64,000 bases of DNA, from the NCBI RefSeq assembly GCF_011745625.1, contig NW_027191455.1:310001-374000 (forward strand), given 5' to 3'. How positions within the stretch are numbered: position 1 is the first letter of the stretch; every line of letters starts with the position of its first letter. The notes beneath the pieces are model-generated. The model saw only the letters and a list, made by a program, of their open reading frames with translations. It searched no databases and was not told the DNA's origin. The position numbers were made by a program, and so were the translations under genes. Source of the stretch: Cladosporium halotolerans. Taxonomy: Eukaryota. Shown here piece after piece: positions 58,719-64,000 of this stretch.

Positions 58719-59284
58719 CGTGACTCCACGCGTCTAAAAGGTGTAGACGCGCAATGTTGCAACACCATTGCTGCAATAATTGTTGTTTGCGCGCGTCCCA
58801 GCGCTGCTCGTGTGAGAGCTTTGGACAGACTCGATTGAGGTGATCGAAGCAGTGACTCTGACGCGTAACGTAGGGAACATTGAATAAGTTGGGTAATTGA
58901 ACTTGTACGTGAGGCTCGGATTGGTCAACAAGGTTACACGAGAAGCCACGGCGAGATCTCGCTCTCAATGGCCAGCTATGTACAGTCTGTACGGAATATG
59001 AGGCAGCACCAGGTTATTTTGAACGATACAATATCATGACCAAGTCCCTCTGGTACAACTCATCAATTCAATGGCCTCATACAATTAATCTATGTTCATC
59101 GATGAAGGCAGCACCTCACTGTAATATTTTACAGCAGAGAAGCCACTTTCACATGCAAACGCCGGAGTGGCCCAAGCTCCCAGAATTGTTTCCAATGACC
59201 TCGCGCGAACGCCCGCAACGCCCACCTAAACACCAACAAGCCACTTGACCACGCCGCTCTGTCGCTTCTGCTGTCGCTACCGCA

Positions 59285-60213
59285 ATGATGTTGCTAACGA
59301 CTATAGTCTCCGCGCCCACCGCCGACGACTTCACCCCGTTGTCGGAGCACAACGAGCAGACGCCCGGCAGTTTCTTCGCCGGCAAGCCCGTCCTCCACCT
59401 GCAGGCGCCCGCCGCGAGGCTGCAGATCACGAAGGAAGACCTCGAGTCGCAGGAGGCCATCAAGGCCCTCGTCGCGACCACAGACGATGTCGCCGCCGAC
59501 GACCAGGGCCTGATCGAGGTCCAGGACATCGACGTCTGGGTCACGTCGAGGTACGAACGCATGCGAACGACAAGCGGCTGCAAACGTTACTAACACCCCA
59601 TCGCAGACACCTCACTCTCTGGTCGCCGACGACCAACAAAGGCGCGCAGATCTCCTACCAGGCCATCACGGTCCACGCGCAAGTCGGCGACGCCGTCCTG
59701 CTCGAGCTCAACCTCTCCAACTCTAGTAACGTCGCTGACGAGGACATCGAGCACCTGCAGCTGCGCATCGCGCCCGGCGAGGTCGTCTCGTCCGCCGCCG
59801 CCGACGCCGATGACAATGCCAACGGCGGCGCGAACGGCCACGCGAACCCGAGCTTCAAGCTCTACATGGCGATCGGCGACTGCCAGAACCTCAACCCGGA
59901 TCCAGCGCAGGATGATGAGGATGAGGAGGGTGAGAATGGGTTTGACGAGACTGCGCCCGGCGCTACAGGGTGGATTACGAGCGAGAATATGCATGAGTAC
60001 ACGGATGAGAATGGGAACTTTGTTATGCCGGAGGGCGCCACGGTTATTGGCGACGAGGAAGACGAGGCTGCGAACGGCAATGGCCAAGAGGCTGAGAATG
60101 GGGACGAGAACGAGGCTCTCGGCGAGGGAGCGGGAAGGGTCAGGAGGGCTGACGAGATCAACGGATTGGATGGCGCGAATGACGAGGAGACCAAGTGGCA
60201 GAAGACTGGTTGA
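59285..60213 (+). CDS. LOT5: pICln/Lot5 (Voldacs domain) methylosome subunit; 1 intron at about 59551-59606
   Basis: FTPLSEHNEQTPGSFFAGKPVLH, DVWVTS|RHLTLWS...GAQISYQAITVHA, LYMAIGDCQNLNPDP and an acidic tail with GWIT.EN. Confidence 0.88.
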
Positions 60214-60548
60214 GCGACTGGTATGGGATAGGACGAGCGTCCTGCAACGTCTGACGACTGAGGCGCAAGGCGGGATTGGACTGCTGCTTGCGACATGATA
60301 CCCAAAAGAATTGCGCGCATACGATGGATACGATACACAACGGACGGTTTCTAGTTCATCGAGAGGACTGACGCATCGCTTGTTGGATTACTCTCCAATA
60401 GCACTAACAACGGCATAAGGCCTCGCCATTCGCCTGCTGATATACAGCGAAAAAATCGGTGACCTCCGGAATGCAGATCTAAGACAGAACTTACTGTTCA
60501 TCATTTCCCATTCCTCAATACTTCACGCCCACTAACCCTGACCTCTTC

Positions 60549-63500
60549 CTAAGTCTTCAGAAACCCGTCCGCGTCGTACAAACTCCTCGGCGTCACCATC
60601 ACGCTCGGCGACCGCATGCGAGCCCACCTGCTGCCAAACCCATGATTCTCTATCGCGTACATCCTCGGCGTCTGTATCGCCGCCCTCGCCTTGTCTGCAT
60701 CCGACGGGCTACTCCCAGGAATCGTGCTCAGGCTTGTCCGGTCCCAGAACTTCTCCCCATCCTCCCACACGCTCGATGACCGCTCGTCCTCATCCTCTTC
60801 CTCGCCCGCACACCCCCGCGCCCACACCGGCGACTCGCACTCTCCCTCCTCCCGCTCCCGTTCCTGCTCCTCAACCGCAACCGGAACCTCAAACCCCGCC
60901 AGCGCCCCCTCCAGCCTGCGCTCAATATCCGACAAATCGACATTATCCAGCGCGCTCGCCGGCGCCTCGCCCTCCCCCACCTCACCCTCCCCCGCTTCCT
61001 CCGCACCGCCCCGCGCATCCCGCCCGAAATCGAAATCAAACATGTCGTTGCAGCTCTCGCTCGGATCCGGCGACCCGATCCACGGCAGCAGCGGCGAGGG
61101 CTCGCGCGCCAGCCCGTGCACGTACCGCCGCGTCTGGTGCGACGTCGACGCGTCCATCTCGCTGTTCATGCGGCGCAGGGTGACGATCTGCTTGGCGAGG
61201 GATTTGGCGGGCGGAGAGCGCGGGCCGATGGGGCTGGGTGGTTTTTGGGGGCCGGGGAGGAGGGTGGTGGGGATTGGAGGGGCGGGCGCGGGGCGTTGGG
61301 GTTGCAGGTAGGTCGAGTGGGTGGAGAGGGAGCGGTTGCGGGCGGTGTTGAGGGGGAAGGGCACCGGGCTGTCGTCTATGGGTGGTGGGAGGATGGGCGC
61401 GCCGGGGAAGGTGACGTTGGGTCTGTGCGTTTGGATGCGCGCCATGATTGTGCTGGCGATGGCGGAGGTGAGGGGTTCGTTTGAGTAGTCGATTTGAGGG
61501 GTGGAGGAGCCGGAGCGGGAGGCTGGGGTTGAGGGGGGGAGGCTGTCGAAGCCTTGTGGTACGGTTTTGGGCGAGCATGGAGGCGACTCGGGTTGGTATT
61601 CTTCGCCGTATGATACCGGTCTTCTGTAGCGCGCGGTGTCGTCTGAGAAGGTCACTGTGCTGGCCAACGGAGAGGTGTGGTCTGTATCTTTTGGGCTCTG
61701 CACGAAAGTCGGACTCGCGGGATCATACTCCTGAGATCCATCACGTCTCGGAGCATCGATAATTGGCCAAGCAGGATCATACTCCTCCACTTTCGACACT
61801 GGCAGAGGTGGACTCGATGGAAGATCTGCGTTGTCTGCTACAGATCCGTCGAATCTCGGTGGACTGCCCCGATCCCATCCAAAGTCGAAAGAAGGTTCAT
61901 CAGTACTCGGGCGGGTGAAATGAAATTCTGGTACGGGCTGATCCCTCTGTACCGCGGTCACAGTCGTTTTACTTGGACTTGGGAACGAAGGAATGCTGAG
62001 ATTAGATGACTGTCCGGAGTGCCGAGATCCAGATCGATTTCCTGTGAAACCAGAAGATGCCGAAGCCGAGAGTGCAGAATCTGAGGGCTGAGAAGCGATC
62101 CCTGGTTCCTGAAACGTCGTCCAGCTGCTCAAGACTGGGGAAGCCGAAGTTAGAGATGCCCTCAGAGTTGAAATGCGCAAGTGAGGTGCGAACACGGTAG
62201 CACTGGGCGGTCTTGAGAGGCGAGACTGGTTAGAGACAAAGGGAAGACCTCCCATGAAATTGTCCGAGCTGGCATCTAAGGGCTCTTCTTCGATGCCATG
62301 CATGATGCTAGGACTTGTTGGCCTGCTCGGTGGTGGGCCCAATATCTGCGGTGTGAGCGTGGAGATACGGACACAATTCTGTCTTCTATGACCCTTGCGG
62401 GCATTGGGGCTTCCTTTCAATGCTGAGGGCTTCTGCAAAGGTACGCTGTCCCACTGGAAAGGGTTGCCGTTGCTACTTCGCGATGAGAACTGAGTTGCAT
62501 TCGATGGCTGTCGAGAAGGCGTGCAAGCGTTGCCACTGATATCACGCAAGACATTGATCTTTTGTCTCTCAGCTGGTGAACCATTCTCGGAGACCGTCGT
62601 TGAGCATCGCGACACCTTTCGTGGTGTGATAATCTTCTTGACAGCTGTATCGCTCCTGAGAGAAGTGACGGACGAAACGCTTCGTATACTGACACGATCG
62701 GCGGTACCCAGCCGTGGGATTGAAAGTCGATTGTTGCCGCTCTCATCAAGCGAGGAAGCCATGCTGTTGGTTGACAGTTGCCGGCTGAGCTGGCTGCCGG
62801 CGCTGTAGCGCGCGATGTTGCTTCGAATCGATGGCTTACGCTGATGCCCACCCATCGCAGAAGCAGGTACTGTAGGCGATGTATCCGGAATAGGCCTTGG
62901 TCCTGCAATCAACGGATTCTGCCACGTTCTTTGCGACACGGTCTTCAACGAGGCATCACTATCTTCAGCAACCATTTGTTCAAGGCTCGGTGAGGGCATG
63001 TTTGGCTCAGCGCCACGCAGGATCGGGCTCGTGATTAGCACAGAACTACTCGTGGACTCCAGGCTTGAGTTCGATATTCGAGAGAGGCAGAATCCACTGC
63101 GCGCCCTGTCGATCTGCACGTTGTGGGGCGCTATGACTGGCAATGGTGGTACAGGACCTGCTGGTGGTTGATTGGCAGCTCTTTGGGCACCGAGGCTGAT
63201 CGAACGCGCGTGCATATGTGGTCTACCGTCACCATTACCCTGAGCAAAGACGTCGTCGTTGGTTATCGGGGTGATCAAAACCCCAAGCGAATGCGTTCGT
63301 TTCGGTTTCGGGCTACCTTCAACCAAGATTGCGCCGTATCGACTCGGCGAGCCGATCGCAAAAGATGGAAGAATACCGGGTTTCGGGCTCGACGATCTGG
63401 TATCGATTTCACCATCATCCAATCCTTGATGCTCTCCACCGACGGCATTATTCGCAGGGTGACGCGAACGATTGTTCGGAGACGGCAACTCTGGTAGAAT

Positions 63501-64000
63501 CTCAATCTCAGGCGTAGGCGAGTTAGCAGACCGACTCCGTGGACTTTCGATGATCGCCGAAAGATGTTTCAAGCGTCTAAGGGGAACTCCTTGCTGCTTG
63601 ATCCGTCTCGGAAGTGAGACGTAAGATCGCCGTTTCTGGGCCGGCTGCAATGCGCGTTCTGTGTCGTTGATCTCCTCGTTCGACCCGAGAGCGCCCCAAC
63701 CGCCTTTCCCGTGGATAGGGACAAATCTTCCAACACGTGCAAAGCTTATAGGCCTCGGCATTTCACATCGCGCGTTTTGCGCTTGCGCAACCTGGATGGT
63801 GTGTCCCTGCTCAAGTTCTGCCAGCTGTCTCCTGTGCTCGATTCTCTTGCGCACGATCTGAACGATGACCACGATACAAGCAAGCAGCAAGGCGCCTCCA
63901 ACGCCTAATCCAATGCCAAGGTAGGGGGAATTGTTTGTCGCTGCGGTCGCCTCAAGAGCCTGTGCTGGCTGAGGCGCGGTGGCAGCTTCCAATGGGTTAG
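60549..64000 (-). CDS. Large Ser/Pro-rich protein with one N-terminal TM helix; 5' end outside the window
   Basis: Open frame of more than 1147 codons continuing to the window edge, with a TM helix (GIGLGVGGALLLACIVVIVQIV), KGHRRQNCVRI, LRRMNSE and terminal TPRSLYDADGFLK. Confidence 0.8.
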   Translation of the reverse strand, partial: NPLEAATAPQPAQALEATAATNNSPYLGIGLGVGGALLLACIVVIVQIVRKRIEHRRQLAELEQGHTIQVAQAQNARCEMPRPISFARVGRFVPIHGKGGWGALGSNEEINDTERALQPAQKRRSYVSLPRRIKQQGVPLRRLKHLSAIIESPRSRSANSPTPEIEILPELPSPNNRSRHPANNAVGGEHQGLDDGEIDTRSSSPKPGILPSFAIGSPSRYGAILVEGSPKPKRTHSLGVLITPITNDDVFAQGNGDGRPHMHARSISLGAQRAANQPPAGPVPPLPVIAPHNVQIDRARSGFCLSRISNSSLESTSSSVLITSPILRGAEPNMPSPSLEQMVAEDSDASLKTVSQRTWQNPLIAGPRPIPDTSPTVPASAMGGHQRKPSIRSNIARYSAGSQLSRQLSTNSMASSLDESGNNRLSIPRLGTADRVSIRSVSSVTSLRSDTAVKKIITPRKVSRCSTTVSENGSPAERQKINVLRDISGNACTPSRQPSNATQFSSRSSNGNPFQWDSVPLQKPSALKGSPNARKGHRRQNCVRISTLTPQILGPPPSRPTSPSIMHGIEEEPLDASSDNFMGGLPFVSNQSRLSRPPSATVFAPHLRISTLRASLTSASPVLSSWTTFQEPGIASQPSDSALSASASSGFTGNRSGSRHSGQSSNLSIPSFPSPSKTTVTAVQRDQPVPEFHFTRPSTDEPSFDFGWDRGSPPRFDGSVADNADLPSSPPLPVSKVEEYDPAWPIIDAPRRDGSQEYDPASPTFVQSPKDTDHTSPLASTVTFSDDTARYRRPVSYGEEYQPESPPCSPKTVPQGFDSLPPSTPASRSGSSTPQIDYSNEPLTSAIASTIMARIQTHRPNVTFPGAPILPPPIDDSPVPFPLNTARNRSLSTHSTYLQPQRPAPAPPIPTTLLPGPQKPPSPIGPRSPPAKSLAKQIVTLRRMNSEMDASTSHQTRRYVHGLAREPSPLLPWIGSPDPSESCNDMFDFDFGRDARGGAEEAGEGEVGEGEAPASALDNVDLSDIERRLEGALAGFEVPVAVEEQEREREEGECESPVWARGCAGEEEDEDERSSSVWEDGEKFWDRTSLSTIPGSSPSDADKARAAIQTPRMYAIENHGFGSRWARMRSPSVMVTPRSLYDADGFLKT

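Noticed and set aside
1..64000. CRISPR arrays, transposases, LTRs/TIRs, rRNA
   Set aside because: No regularly spaced repeats, transposase or RT motifs, long terminal repeats or rRNA signatures were seen.

Overview
Intron-containing filamentous-ascomycete DNA (probably a Dothideomycete; inferred). Conserved housekeeping genes flank the window: MET10 (partial), a CUE/Smr protein, BUD27/URI, RIC8 and RIF1 on the left; mitochondrial bL33, a HIRAN-SNF2-RING (Rad5/HLTF-like) helicase, LOT5/pICln and a partial Ser/Pro-rich membrane protein on the right. The main feature is a ~25.5 kb cluster of 13 genes (15.0-40.5 kb). Ten of them match, family for family, the Aspergillus nidulans nicotinate-catabolism (hxn) regulon (hxnT, R, X, M, N, Z, V, W, P, Y), here in a single locus. 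The entry enzyme hxnS (Mo-cofactor nicotinate hydroxylase) is not in the window. Three genes outside the characterised pathway are present instead: a choline-monooxygenase-like Rieske oxygenase (with a 1-nt frameshift in this sequence), a PTS1-bearing FMN alpha-hydroxy-acid oxidase and a SnoaL/NTF2-like protein. An identical 11-mer (CAAGAGTGGGG, containing the GHGGGG core proposed for HxnR) lies upstream of these extra genes and of canonical hxn genes. This suggests an extended, co-regulated pyridine-catabolic pathway with a different entry step and a terminal step to 2-oxoglutarate. Orthology calls come from motif and family recognition only; no searches were run. Also present: a decayed pdxA-family pseudogene, an SMP/LEA-like gene and a candidate structured RNA.
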